A stretch of DNA of 64,000 bases from an uncultured Acidobacteriota bacterium (GCA_963814955.1 CAWFEX010000016.1:75498-139497), one strand, 5' to 3'; shown: positions 42,987 to 53,859, numbered from the stretch's first letter. Translations and numbers: made by a program. Notes: a model not told the origin generated them from the sequence alone.

Positions 42987-43814
42987 CTACTGGGGCTTCG
43001 AGTACTTGTCAGCCCAGCCTGGAATCGTCTGCACGCCGTACTGATTGTTCTCCTGGCAGATGTACTCCTGAAGATCGTCTGGCGCGCTCAGCACTGCCGT
43101 GAAGTTCACCGTGAAGGGCTTCGCGTACGCCCCGGGGTCGTCGATGGTGACCCTGTTTTCGAGGAACTCCATGTTGCGTCGCGTCCACCGTTCGATTGTG
43201 TGCAGCTGCTCGGTATGGGGGTGGCCACGCCGGTCGAACCAGAACTGGTCGTTGTAGCCGATCGTGTCGATGACGAGCGTGTCTTTCTCCCACGATCCGA
43301 TCGAATGGCCGTACCACGAAGGGTCGAGCTCCGTCGGATGCTTCCGGCCATCCACGAAGATCTGCCGATAGCTGTGGATGTTCCCTTCATGCAGGATGAA
43401 CATGTGGGTGGCGCGCTTGTGCGTGTAGTTCGGCACGAAGCGGTAGGGAAACGGCGTGACGCGCGGCACGCCCATCGGCAGACAGCGATTGTGCGGCTCC
43501 TGCGTTTCATCGCGCGTCGCCATGAGCGCTTTCGCCCAGGGGAGCATCAGATTGTCGACCTCGCCCGGCTTGAGACCGCCTTCACGCTCGATGTCGTTGA
43601 CCGGGCCGCCGCCAACCCACACGCCATCCAAATCCACGGTGCCGTCCGGCAGCCTCGGCGTCGGGCCGGTGCGCGGCCCGGTGCGCTTCACGGTGCTGCC
43701 ACCGGGCACACGCACATCAGTCGGTGTGTAGTCGGTTTGCGCAAGCCCTTCGACTGCGCTCAGGGCAGGGAGGGTTGCTGCTGCGATCGCGGCCACCACA
43801 AACAGGCGTCTCAT
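42987..43814 (-). CDS. Secreted DUF6152-associated family protein, subtype A
   Basis: Very similar to 35035..35857 (LPWAKALMATRDETQEPHN.CLPMGVPRVTPFPYRFV). Confidence 0.85.
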   Translation of the reverse strand: MRRLFVVAAIAAATLPALSAVEGLAQTDYTPTDVRVPGGSTVKRTGPRTGPTPRLPDGTVDLDGVWVGGGPVNDIEREGGLKPGEVDNLMLPWAKALMATRDETQEPHNRCLPMGVPRVTPFPYRFVPNYTHKRATHMFILHEGNIHSYRQIFVDGRKHPTELDPSWYGHSIGSWEKDTLVIDTIGYNDQFWFDRRGHPHTEQLHTIERWTRRNMEFLENRVTIDDPGAYAKPFTVNFTAVLSAPDDLQEYICQENNQYGVQTIPGWADKYSKPQ

Positions 43815-43865
43815 GCTCGTGCCCTCGCGGTTCACATGAAAGTGGCCAATTCTACACCCCGCCGA

Positions 43866-43926
43866 CCGGAAGCCTGAAGGCTTCCGGCTACCATGTGCGG
43901 TAGCCGGAGACCTTCAGGTCTCCGGT
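43866..43926. repeat. GTAGCCGGAGGCCTTCAGGCCTCCG-type REP pair
   Basis: ccggaagcctgaaggcttccggctac ... gtagccggagaccttcaggtctccgg. The family also occurs at ~19543, ~22789 and ~53874-53950. Confidence 0.8.
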
Positions 43927-46098
43927 TTACATCCGCCAGGTGTACTGCAGCTTGACCAGAAGCTGATTCGACTCGAGCTGCCAGCGGTCGAGCAGCGAGC
44001 GCACGTTGTGGTTATACACCACGAAGAGTTCCGCGACAGGCAGGAACGTCCAGCGCAGCCGCGTATTGACGCCAATCGACTCGCTGTCCGTGTCGTACTG
44101 AGCGTAGCTGGCGATCGACAGATCCGGAGAAAAATTCATGCGGAGCCGCGTGCCAACCAGGCTCTGGGTGAACTCCCCGGCAGGCAGATCACCGACGTTC
44201 CGCTCGCCGTTGAATTCGACTGTGAAGAGCGGAGTCGGGTTCCATACCCAGCTCCACTCGTACTGATCGAGCTCGCCGTCATAGAAGCTGCCAGTGGTCC
44301 AGTTGAACGTCGTATAGAAGCGACGCTTCTGTGCCGTCGTCACGCCGAGCGTTCCCCGAAGCCACTGGTGCGGGCCCGGCGCAATCACGGTCCCGGGCGA
44401 GATCTCGAATGGCTGAAGGGGACGGTCGCCCGCGGGGCTCACTGTCACTTGCATCCGATCCCCGCTGCGAAACTGCAAGTTGAGCGCCTGGATCGAGGCG
44501 TCGTAGGTTTCCCATCGTCCAGACAGGTCTGTCCAGATATATGGATTTGCCCCGTAGCTCATTTGCTGAATGGGACCGCGCGCGAGCCGCGTCCGATTCG
44601 TGAGGGCAGGATTCCAGAATTGCATCGCGCGCCGGGGCACGAAGCCCAGCGACGGATCGAAGTCGCGGCCGACTCGTCGGTACCAGATCCTGGCGTCCCA
44701 TTGATCGTTCGGATAGTCGATTTTGAACGCGTGCGAGGTGGTGTCTCCGCGGAGGTCGTCGCGACCTGTTGCGAGTCCCCACGTGCTCATCGAAAGGTTC
44801 TTGTCGCCGAGGAATCTCGACGTCGCATACGTAAAATCGGCGCCGACAAGCCAGCTGCCCGGCCGTCCAAGCGGATCGCCCGCTGTGGCCATGACGCCTA
44901 CGTATGACTGTTGCCACAGGTTTTGCTTGACGCGCACCACACCCATCGTCGTTCGACGATCGACGATGTCCGGCTTGTCGTCCGCGACAGTGACAAGTCC
45001 GCCGAAATTCGTGTTCGCCACGCGACCGTTGATCTTGGCGCCGGCGATGATCGGCACCTCCATCCCCCTGACCAGGCCGACGCGCCGGCTGAAGTACGGG
45101 ATGACATCGCGGTTGACGAGCGGGCCGAACTGAAAGATGTCGACGCCCTCGAGGAAGAACAGCCGCTTTTCCGGAAACAGCAGGGGAAACCGCGTGAGGT
45201 TCGTCTGGCGTGTATCCACCTCTGTTTCCGCGAAATCGGTGTTCAACGTCAGCGACGCGGTGACGTTGGATCCAAGACGCTGGGCAACATCGAGACTGGG
45301 GCGGAATTTGCCGTCGACCGACTGTGACGGCGCAGGGATTCCACCGCCGGCCGTGACAGAAGGCCGCATGTCCAAGCCGCGGCCCAGCGCGAAGTCGGGC
45401 ACCTGTGTGAGGAGCCCGGCACGACTCGTCTGAGTAACTCGATATTGACGTGCGGCGAACGCCCACCGATCGGTTTCAAGGAGACGTTGAATGCGGCGCT
45501 GCACGTTGAAGTGCCACTCGTGCAACCCCGGCTTGAAGTTCAATGTCTGGACCGGGATTCGGATTTCGAGGCTCCAGCCGCTCGCGTTCCTCGCCGCGGC
45601 GGCCTCCCAGATGCCATCCCATTCCACGTTTTCGCCATCGCCGCCGGCGTTGATCAGGCTGTCGTATCGCGCGCCCCGCGGATTGACGGCGAACACGTAG
45701 CCCGACCGGCCATCAAGGAAAGGGCCCAGAACGAGGCGAATGTGATCCTCGGACTGCATCGCTGCGTCACGCGTGACGCTGAAGCCGACAATCCCGTTCG
45801 GATCGTCTTCGCAGACGACGCCGAGGACGATCACGTTTCTACCGGCGAGCACCTGCACGGTGGTGCGAAAAGTCGGCGCCATGCCTTCGCTCGGCTCGGT
45901 TTGCGCAAACGAGTCGACCAGTTCGGCGCCTGCCCACGCAGGCTCACTCAGTGCTCCGTCGATGGTGATGGTCTCGGCGCCGCTGCCGGCGCGCAGTATT
46001 GGAGGGGGTGGTTCCTGGCCGAAGGAAAGCGACGGCGCCAGGATCCCGATGACGACGACGAGATAAGGAAGATGCCGTTCCAGACTGGAACCAGAGAT
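43927..46098 (-). CDS. CBM9-like domain + DUF5916 outer-membrane beta-barrel protein
   Basis: IDGALSEPAW, F.VNP.G...D, WDGIW, W..EIRIP, NTDFAETEVD, RFPL.FPEKR.FFLEG. The open frame extends upstream of the called ATG (45882) to include a signal peptide. Confidence 0.8.
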   Translation of the reverse strand: MSGSSLERHLPYLVVVIGILAPSLSFGQEPPPPILRAGSGAETITIDGALSEPAWAGAELVDSFAQTEPSEGMAPTFRTTVQVLAGRNVIVLGVVCEDDPNGIVGFSVTRDAAMQSEDHIRLVLGPFLDGRSGYVFAVNPRGARYDSLINAGGDGENVEWDGIWEAAAARNASGWSLEIRIPVQTLNFKPGLHEWHFNVQRRIQRLLETDRWAFAARQYRVTQTSRAGLLTQVPDFALGRGLDMRPSVTAGGGIPAPSQSVDGKFRPSLDVAQRLGSNVTASLTLNTDFAETEVDTRQTNLTRFPLLFPEKRLFFLEGVDIFQFGPLVNRDVIPYFSRRVGLVRGMEVPIIAGAKINGRVANTNFGGLVTVADDKPDIVDRRTTMGVVRVKQNLWQQSYVGVMATAGDPLGRPGSWLVGADFTYATSRFLGDKNLSMSTWGLATGRDDLRGDTTSHAFKIDYPNDQWDARIWYRRVGRDFDPSLGFVPRRAMQFWNPALTNRTRLARGPIQQMSYGANPYIWTDLSGRWETYDASIQALNLQFRSGDRMQVTVSPAGDRPLQPFEISPGTVIAPGPHQWLRGTLGVTTAQKRRFYTTFNWTTGSFYDGELDQYEWSWVWNPTPLFTVEFNGERNVGDLPAGEFTQSLVGTRLRMNFSPDLSIASYAQYDTDSESIGVNTRLRWTFLPVAELFVVYNHNVRSLLDRWQLESNQLLVKLQYTWRM

Positions 46099-46100
46099 TG

Positions 46101-47111
46101 CTACGGTTCTGTCGCCGTACGCCTTCCTCGCGGTCCGAGGGTGCCGAAGCCGCCGTCATTGCACGTCAGGTTGGGCGCGCCGCCCGGACGTCCCTGCGTT
46201 TCGATCCAGCCGCAACAGTACCCGGGCGCCCGCGCGATGCAGTCTGCGGGCAGCTTGTAGATGCCCTTGAGCTTCTTGCGGTACTCGGGATAGAGCGTCT
46301 CCGCGGACCCCATGGCCGCTTCCTTGGGAACGTTGAACGTGCGGATCATGTAGTCCTCTTCCGGGTTCTGGCCGGGGAGGTAGTGGGGCACGACGCCGGT
46401 GTCCTCGAGTGAGGGGATTTCGTTGGCGGTATTGCAAATGGGCCGGTCGGCGGCGGTGCCGCGCGGATTCCATTGCCACACACGGCTGACGACGTGCGGC
46501 TCCGACAGATAGTACGGATCCTCCTGGATCGTGGTGATCGTCAGCAGATCTTCCCGCCGTGTGAGGTGGATCGTGATGGTCGTGAGGTCGCTCGCCGGAA
46601 TGCCGACCCCGCGGCGGATCCACGCGGTTTTCAGGTGCGTCAACCGGGCGGTCAGCGTGTCGCCCTCCCACTTGCCGGTGGCGAATCCGCCGGCGAGGTG
46701 CAGCGCGTTGGCAGACGGATGCGGCCGCCCGTCCATCCAGATCCTGATGTCATTTCTGAGGTTGTCACCGCCGATCACCCAGGCGAGGACGCTGCCGTCG
46801 TCGGCTAGCTCGCTCCAGATTCGAAACCCCACCGGCCGGTACTGGAATACTCCGGCGGATTGCGGCAGGCACTGCCGTTCGTAGGTCGACGGGAGGTTGG
46901 ACGTGTAGAGGAGGGCTTTGGCGCGCCCTTCGTCGGTGAGCGGCATCCCGGTGTAGTTGCCCATGAACTCGCCAGGACCGCGCTCGATGTAGTCCTCGTA
47001 CATCCGCGTCTGGTACGACCCCGTCAGGTCGACTTGCGCGGACACCGGCACGGCAACGGCACTCAGCGCGCCAACGATCGTGACAACCCGACGGAGAGTG
47101 ACGAGATTCAT
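46101..47111 (-). CDS. Secreted protein, distant DUF6152-associated family (paralog of 40405..41400)
   Basis: VSA-QVDLTG.Y, G.P....GR, IWMDGRPHP, GKWEGDTL, VPHYLPG, AETLYPEY; Cys-rich tail. Confidence 0.8.
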   Translation of the reverse strand: MNLVTLRRVVTIVGALSAVAVPVSAQVDLTGSYQTRMYEDYIERGPGEFMGNYTGMPLTDEGRAKALLYTSNLPSTYERQCLPQSAGVFQYRPVGFRIWSELADDGSVLAWVIGGDNLRNDIRIWMDGRPHPSANALHLAGGFATGKWEGDTLTARLTHLKTAWIRRGVGIPASDLTTITIHLTRREDLLTITTIQEDPYYLSEPHVVSRVWQWNPRGTAADRPICNTANEIPSLEDTGVVPHYLPGQNPEEDYMIRTFNVPKEAAMGSAETLYPEYRKKLKGIYKLPADCIARAPGYCCGWIETQGRPGGAPNLTCNDGGFGTLGPRGRRTATEP

Positions 47112-47165
47112 TGCCAGCTCCACCTTTGACCTTTGCCTTTTGCCTTTTGACCTACACGAATCGAC

Positions 47166-47987
47166 TTAAAACCTCGCGTCGCATGGCTCGGGATTCCACT
47201 TGCTGCCGTCCTTTTCCTTCTTGAAGTGAATCGCCGTCATCCAGGGCAACTGCAGATAAACCGGATCGTTCACGACGTTGGTGTCGACCAGGTACTGGTC
47301 GCCGTTGCCCTCGGTATGGAGATCCCAGTATTCGGTAAAGGAAGTCTTCTCGCTGTAGGGCACGCCGTTCTTGCGCAGATAGCCGGATCGGAGGTTCGTC
47401 GTGATCGACTTCATCGACCCGTACCTCGCGCCGCCGCCCGCGCCGCGACCGCCGCCTGCCATGACCCACTGGGCTACCGACGCGCCCTGCCATGATGGCT
47501 TGGCGGTAACGGACGACGTCTTCCCGAACTCGAACAGCCGCGTTTGCATTCCGTAGTCCGTTTCGAGCTTCAGCGTGTCGTCGTCCAGCCACGTAATGTG
47601 CAATCGGGTGGGACCGCGCATCAATCCTGGCGCGCCATAGGCCTTGCACTGTTCACCGGCCGCTTCGTCTTTGGCCGGGTCCCACGCCTCGGCAATCTTC
47701 TGCGCTGCCAGATTGAGAGGGACGCTCGGGAAATCGCCCCTGGACGGGGTGACCATGCGCCAGCGCCAGTCCTCGGAGATGATCGCGACCCAATAGCCGG
47801 TCATGTCGATCGGCGCCGCAGCGCGTGGCGTCTGTGGCACCGCCTGTCCGCCACGACCCTGGGCGAGCGGATGGCTGTCGGCTGAGAAAAGCAGTGCGAG
47901 AGCCAATGTCGCCACGGCGGCGGGTCCGCGGCTCGAAGCGAATGACACTCGCCGCGGGACCCGCCCCACGAACTGAGGCGCGATCAT
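47166..47987 (-). CDS. Secreted conserved hypothetical protein (distant relative of the same family)
   Basis: DMTGYWV..I.EDWRWRM, C..YGAPGLMR.PTRLHITW, WQG.S.A.W, GYLRKNGVPYS, DPVYL; ATGA overlap with the upstream MBL gene. Confidence 0.75.
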   Translation of the reverse strand: MIAPQFVGRVPRRVSFASSRGPAAVATLALALLFSADSHPLAQGRGGQAVPQTPRAAAPIDMTGYWVAIISEDWRWRMVTPSRGDFPSVPLNLAAQKIAEAWDPAKDEAAGEQCKAYGAPGLMRGPTRLHITWLDDDTLKLETDYGMQTRLFEFGKTSSVTAKPSWQGASVAQWVMAGGGRGAGGGARYGSMKSITTNLRSGYLRKNGVPYSEKTSFTEYWDLHTEGNGDQYLVDTNVVNDPVYLQLPWMTAIHFKKEKDGSKWNPEPCDARF

Positions 47988-49036
47988 CGGGTTTCCGCCG
48001 GTGGGTTCTTGAGCCCGCTGTATACCGCCTCGACGAACATATCCGTCGACCACGGGCCCGACTCACGCCCCCAACGCGCCCGGTACCCGGCGGTCGGGTT
48101 CGCCTTCTTCACCTGCTCGACTGTCATGCCCTTCTTGATGAGCGCCTCGATATTGTCCTTGATGGTGGTGAGCATGTCGCGATATTCCACCAGTTCCGCA
48201 TAGTCCGACACCCGGCCGTGGCCTGGCACCAGCAGTGTGCGTCCTGGTTTGAGCACGAGCGGCATGGCGGGCACCGTGAGATCCAGCAGCCTGTTGAGCG
48301 CCGCCAGCTCGCCCTGGATGCTGCCTCCCCGCGCGGCGTCAATCACCGGGAAGTGCCGCAGGTCGAGGATATCGCCGGTGACAATCACGTCGGCCCGTCG
48401 AAAGTGGACCAGCACATCGCCGTCCGTCACGGCGCCGATCTGCCGGATCACTTGCACCGCGTCATCGTTGACATACATCGAGCGGTAGCGCGAGGTGAAC
48501 GTCTCCGATGGCCACGCGTCGGTCGGAAACTCCTCTCCATTGCCGCTGCCCTTGGTCATGCGCAGCAGCACGTTCTCATGCGAGAGGATCGTGGCGCGCG
48601 GCTCGTCGGAAAACGAATCCGGGTTGATTTCCCGCCCGGCTGCGCTTATCGCCGCATTCCCTCCCACGTGGTCGGCCGCCGCGCTGGTGTTGATGATCAT
48701 CCGGATGGGCGACGGTGTGATGGCTTTCACCGCTTCGAGCACTTTGCCAGCCATCGCTGTCGAACCACTATCGACGAGGATGACCCCGTCCTCACCGACG
48801 TGTACGGTCACGTTGGCGCCGGCGCCAAAGATGACGTAGACATTCGGGCGAATCTGAATCGTCTCGAACGGAACGTTCTCGTATGCGGGCTGCTGGGCAA
48901 ACACGGTCCGGCTAAAGCCGGACACTACGTGCAAAACGCTAAAGCCGGACACGACGTACACAACGCTGAAGCCGGACACTGCACACAAGGCGAGGCGCAG
49001 TACGGAAAGCCGTGAAATCCGGCGTTGTATCCGCAT
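47984..49036 (-). CDS. Exported MBL-fold protein (cyclase-like) with a degenerate metal motif
   Basis: G.G.N......[34 protein letters not shown]. Confidence 0.8.
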   Translation of the reverse strand: MRIQRRISRLSVLRLALCAVSGFSVVYVVSGFSVLHVVSGFSRTVFAQQPAYENVPFETIQIRPNVYVIFGAGANVTVHVGEDGVILVDSGSTAMAGKVLEAVKAITPSPIRMIINTSAAADHVGGNAAISAAGREINPDSFSDEPRATILSHENVLLRMTKGSGNGEEFPTDAWPSETFTSRYRSMYVNDDAVQVIRQIGAVTDGDVLVHFRRADVIVTGDILDLRHFPVIDAARGGSIQGELAALNRLLDLTVPAMPLVLKPGRTLLVPGHGRVSDYAELVEYRDMLTTIKDNIEALIKKGMTVEQVKKANPTAGYRARWGRESGPWSTDMFVEAVYSGLKNPPAETR

Positions 49037-49138
49037 AAATCGGCCGATCATGACGGCGAGAGGATATACCACTTTCCCGTGAACGGACGAACGGTTGGAC
49101 CTGTGTTACATTCGCCGCTGAGTGAAGGAGGACGCCCT

Positions 49139-49738
49139 ATGAAGGCGCGATTTCTTGCTGCCGTTCTACCTCTGGCTTTAACCGTTTGCGGCGTCGCGGC
49201 GCAGCAAGGGCAGCAACCGCAACAGGGAGCGCGTACTCCCGAGCCTCCACGTCTTCGGCTGACGAGCAGTGGGTTTCCCGACGGCGCATCCCTGCCCCTG
49301 AGTTTCAGCTGTTATGCCCAGGGTGGCAGGGGCGGATCGCCGCCGCTTCAATGGACGAACGTGCCGGAGGGGACGGCGAGCTTCGTGCTCATGGTGAACG
49401 GGCCGGACAATCACCCGATGGGTGGCGTCTCCGAGGAATTCTTCTGGGTGCGCTGGAACCTTCCTCCGACAACCCGCGATCTCGCTGCGAACGCACCGGT
49501 CGGTGCGGAGCTGCCCGACGGCAGCCGCCAGGTCGTCGGTGGACGCGGAATCATGGGCTATCGACCGCCGTGTGCTCCAGCCGGTGCAGGACCGCTCCAC
49601 TATCAGTTCAAGATCTACGCGCTCGACACCATGCTGACGCTTCCGTCGAACGCCGGGCGTCCCGATGTCCTGAAGGCCATGGATGGCCACATCATCGGGA
49701 CGAGCAGCTACTACGCGTTTCTGGATACGAAGCCGTAG
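49139..49738 (+). CDS. Exported YbhB/YbcL (PEBP/RKIP-like) protein
   Basis: [45 protein letters not shown]. Confidence 0.85.
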   Translation: MKARFLAAVLPLALTVCGVAAQQGQQPQQGARTPEPPRLRLTSSGFPDGASLPLSFSCYAQGGRGGSPPLQWTNVPEGTASFVLMVNGPDNHPMGGVSEEFFWVRWNLPPTTRDLAANAPVGAELPDGSRQVVGGRGIMGYRPPCAPAGAGPLHYQFKIYALDTMLTLPSNAGRPDVLKAMDGHIIGTSSYYAFLDTKP

Positions 49739-49742
49739 TACT

Positions 49743-49860
49743 CTAGAACCCGTTTCATAACCGTAGGGTCCGGCTTTAGCCGGACCTGAAGTCCGCGCCT
49801 GCCCTTCGACTTACGCTCAGGGCACCCCGAGCATCGTCGAGGGGTGAAGGCGGACACTAG
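49743..49860. repeat. Composite nested REP element (second copy)
   Basis: ctagaacccgtttcataacc + gtagggtccggctttagccggac + gtccgc[..cttcgacttacgctcagggcaccccgagcatcgtcgaggggt]gaaggcggacacta. Confidence 0.8.
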
Positions 49861-49886
49861 GTCGGTTTTGAAGCCCGGGAGTTCTT

Positions 49887-50285
49887 ATGAAGCGCCATTT
49901 CATCTTCGCTTTTCTGGCCTGCGTCCTCGTTGCCGGCGCTCAAGCGCTGGCTCATCATTCGTTTGCGGCGACATATCTCGAGGATCAGTCGGTCACGATT
50001 GAAGGCGAGATCGTGCAGTTCCTTCTGCGAAACCCGCATTCGTTCGTACACGTCATGGTCAAACAGCCGGATGGTACGAGCGCGCGCTACGTGGTGGAGT
50101 GGGGCTCCCCGGCGCAGTTGAGCGGGCGAGTGTCCAGAGACACCCTCAAGCCGGGCGATCACGTCATCATCAGCGGCAATCCCGGTCGGAATGCTTCGGA
50201 TAACCGGGTGCGTTTGCTCACGTTCCAGCGTCCAAAGGACGGCTGGAGCTGGGGGTTGCTGCCCGACGAGAAGTTCGATCGATAA
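49887..50285 (+). CDS. DUF6152 family exported protein
   Basis: QALA-HHSFAATY, LRNPH, LKPGD.V...G.P.R. Confidence 0.85.
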   Translation: MKRHFIFAFLACVLVAGAQALAHHSFAATYLEDQSVTIEGEIVQFLLRNPHSFVHVMVKQPDGTSARYVVEWGSPAQLSGRVSRDTLKPGDHVIISGNPGRNASDNRVRLLTFQRPKDGWSWGLLPDEKFDR

Positions 50286-50370
50286 GCAGCATTTCTGGCA
50301 CCAGATTCCCGGCTCCCGCCCTCCAGCGGCAACGGCCCGGCGTTCATCCGTTGCGTGCCTTTTCCGCTGA

Positions 50371-50398
50371 TTGACAAACCCCACCCGGCAGCTATACT
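50371..50398 (+). promoter_or_regulatory. Putative sigma70 promoter
   Basis: TTGACA-16 bp-TATACT upstream of the receptor at 50482. Confidence 0.6.
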
Positions 50399-50481
50399 CA
50401 CGCCCAACTTTGCGCCCGTCCTCTTTTGCGCTCGAATTGTCTCTGAAGACGCTGCTCGATCCACCGGCGAGGAGGCCTGGA

Positions 50482-53400
50482 ATGAATCGCGTTTTGCGCG
50501 CGCTGCTCGGCGTTGTTTTGATCCTGCCCCTGGTTGCCACCGATACGTGGGCCCAGGCTACCGCCCAGATCAACGGCACAGTCGTTGATTCGAGCGGCGG
50601 TGTTCTTCCGGGCGTGACCGTCACGGCTATTCAGACCGAGACGGGATTCCGCCGTGAGGCCGTGAGCGATGAAGCCGGGTCGTACGTGCTCCTCAATCTG
50701 CCGCTTGGACCGTACCGCCTCGAAGGCATGCTGTCGGGGTTCCGCGCCTTTGCGCAAACAGGCATCGTGCTGCAGGTGAACAGCAACCCGGTGATCCCGA
50801 TCACGATGCAGCTTGGCAGCGTGGAAGAAACAGTGTCCGTCGAAGCGTCGGCGCCGCTGGTCGAGACCCGTAATCCGGCGATCGGCGGTCTCATCGACAA
50901 CGAACAGGTCGAGGCGCTGCCGCTCGAAGGCCGCAATCCGGTAATGCTGGTCATGATGGCAGGTGCCGCTGCCGACACTGGTGCGCCGACCAGCCGCAGC
51001 ATGACCACGAGCCGGGGGATTGCCATTACCGGCGGACAGCCGTTCGCTGTCAGCTACCTGCTCGACGGCGCCATGCATAACAACGTGCTCGACGGTCTCA
51101 ACCTGCCTCTTCCGTTTCCCGACGCACTCCAGGAGTTCAGCGTGGAAACGAGCTCGCAGAACGCGCAGAACGGCCGTCAGGGAAGCGGCACGGTCAACGT
51201 CGTCACGAAGGCCGGGACGAACCTGTACCACGGCGATCTGTTCGAGTTCCATCGTCATCACCGCTTCAACGCCACGAGCCCGTTCGCGGCCGTCGATCGC
51301 ACTACTGGCAAGCGCCGGAGCGACGGCCGGGTGCGCAATCAGTTCGGCGGCACATTCGGCGGTCCGATCGCCACGGACCGGGTGTTCTTCTTCGGCGCGC
51401 ACCAGGGCACGCGCGAAACGATCACGCCCGCCGACATCATCACGTTCATCCCCACCGCCGCGATGCTGGCTGGCGATTTCACGCAGGTGGCCTCGGCGGC
51501 CTGCCGGGCACAGGGCAGCGTGGCGCTCCGTGCACCATTCGTCGACAACCGTGTCAGCCCTGCGATGCTCAGTCCTGCGGCGGTGAAGATCGCGCAGCGG
51601 CTGCCCACGACCACCGACCCGTGCGGCCGTATCACGTATTCACGCCAGCTGGAGCCGCGCGAAGGACAAACAATCGGCCGCGTCGACTGGCAGATTTCGC
51701 AGGGCCAGACGCTCTTCGCGCGATACATGCGGACGACGACGTTCTGGAATCCAGCGTTGTCGAACAGCCCCGACAACATTCTCGTGGCGGGGACAACGGG
51801 CGGCGGCGGGCCGCGACAGCGATTCACAGTCACTCGCCGTTGGCCACACGCAGGTGTTGAGCAGCTCGACGGTCAACAACATCCGCTTCACTGCCAACCG
51901 GACCAATGTCCACCGCACGCACACCGACATGTTCGGTCCCGAGGACGTCGGAGTGAACATCTTCACTCACGTGCCGGAGTACATGATCGTCAGCATCACC
52001 GGCGCGTTCGGCATCAATTTCGGCACCGAAACGGACTCCTTTTACCGGCCGAATACCTACGCGTTTTCCGATGACCTGACGATGGTGCGCGGGAATCATC
52101 AGTGGGGCTTCGGCGTGGCGATGGGCTTCAACGACTGGAAAACGCTCTCCAACGTGCGTTCGCCGGGCGCGTTCAGCTTCAACGGCAACGTCACCGGATT
52201 GCCGCTGGCCGACTTCCTCGATCGGGCGCGTATTCGAGTTCAGGCAGTCGACTCCGTTTACGCTCGATATCCAGCAGAAGTACTTCGGGCTCTACGGGCA
52301 GGACACGTGGAAGGTGTCGCCGAACATCACCGTGAACTACGGCGCGCGATGGGAGCCCTGGTTCCCGCAGCAGCACCAGCAGAGTCAGATCTACAACTTC
52401 TCAGACGAACGGTTCCGGGCCGGTCAGCGCAGCACGGCTTTTCCGCAGGCACCTCCGGGCTTCACCTACCCCGGCGATCCAGGATTTCCCGAGCAAAGCC
52501 GGGATGTACGCGGAATGGGCCAACGTGCAGCCGCGCGTGGGCATTGCGTGGGATCCGAAGGGCGACGGCCGCACGTCGGTGCGCGCCGGCTACGGCATGA
52601 ACAGCAACTTCATCGCCGGTGAGTTCTATTTCGACGCCGCGCAGGCGCCGCCGTTCGGGCTGGAGCAGCGGTTGACCGGCAACGTCCTGTTCGACGATCC
52701 GTGGGGCAGCAACGGCCGGGTCAACCCATATCCGATTGCGCTCGGATCCACACCTTCAGTTCCCGCCGTACGCGCTGCTGATCCAGGCGCCAACAGACCT
52801 CGAGACCACGCGCGTCCATAGCTGGAACGTAGGTGTGCAGCACCAGATTGGCGACAGCATCGGCGTGTCGGCCAGCTACCTCGGCAACCGGCTGATGAAC
52901 GTCTGGGGCGACGTCACTGGTAATCCGGGCACGATTCCCGCCGCGTCACCGACGGGCCGTGCACGCTCCGCAACCCCGACGCGCCAGGCGGCGTCCAGAC
53001 GTATCCCAACTGCTCGGCGGCCCCGCTCGATGTCCGCCGCGAGATCACGCAGGCCAATCCGGACATCGGACGGTTCATCGGATATCTCGACTGGGTCACC
53101 GACCAGGGATGGCAGCGGTATCACGGCCTGCTGCTCTCGTTCCAGCGCCGTTCGGTCAACGGTGTCAGCACGAGCGCGAACTACACGCTCTCGAGCTGCC
53201 GCGGTCTGGTCAACCAGGGCGGCACACCACTGAACGTCGGCACGGGTTACACACGTTCGGTGTCGCTCATCAATCCACCGGCCGACATGCAGGAACTGTT
53301 CGACGCGGATGAGGGCCCGTGCAGCAACTCGCCGAGACACATCTTCAACGTGACGGCGAGCGTCGAGACGCCACAGTTCGCAAGCACTGCGGCCCGCATG

Positions 53401-53859
53401 ATCGCCTCCGGGTGGCGGCTCTCGGGGATCTTCCGGGCGCAGTCGGGCGATTGGCTGACGGTCAGCACCGGCGTGCTCTCGTTTAATGGCGTCCAGGCGA
53501 CCACCGCACGTGTGAACGAGATCAGTGACGACGTGTACGGCAACGGTACGCGTGACAACTGGTTCAATCCCGCGGCCTTTGCCCAGCCGGTTCCGGGAAC
53601 CTACGGGAACTCGGAGCGCAACGCCTATCTCGGCATGGTCCGGCGGCAGGTCGATCTGTCGCTGGTGCGGGCGTTCCGCTTCGGGGCGGCGCATCGCATC
53701 GAGGCGCGGATCGAGGCGTTCAATGCGCTCAACTGGTTCAGGCCGCTGCCGGGTAGCGATCAGTCGCCCGTCAGGAATTTCAGCGATCCCAACTTCGGGA
53801 AGTATCTCGCGTCCGACGAGCCGCGCGTCATGCAGTTTGCGGTGAAGTACTCGTTCTGA
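50482..53859 (+). CDS. Oar-like TonB-dependent receptor (several frameshifts)
   Basis: Consecutive ORF pieces 50371, 51854, 52314, 52504, 52736 and 53260 are collinear with the intact paralogs; ends QFAVKYSF. Confidence 0.8.
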
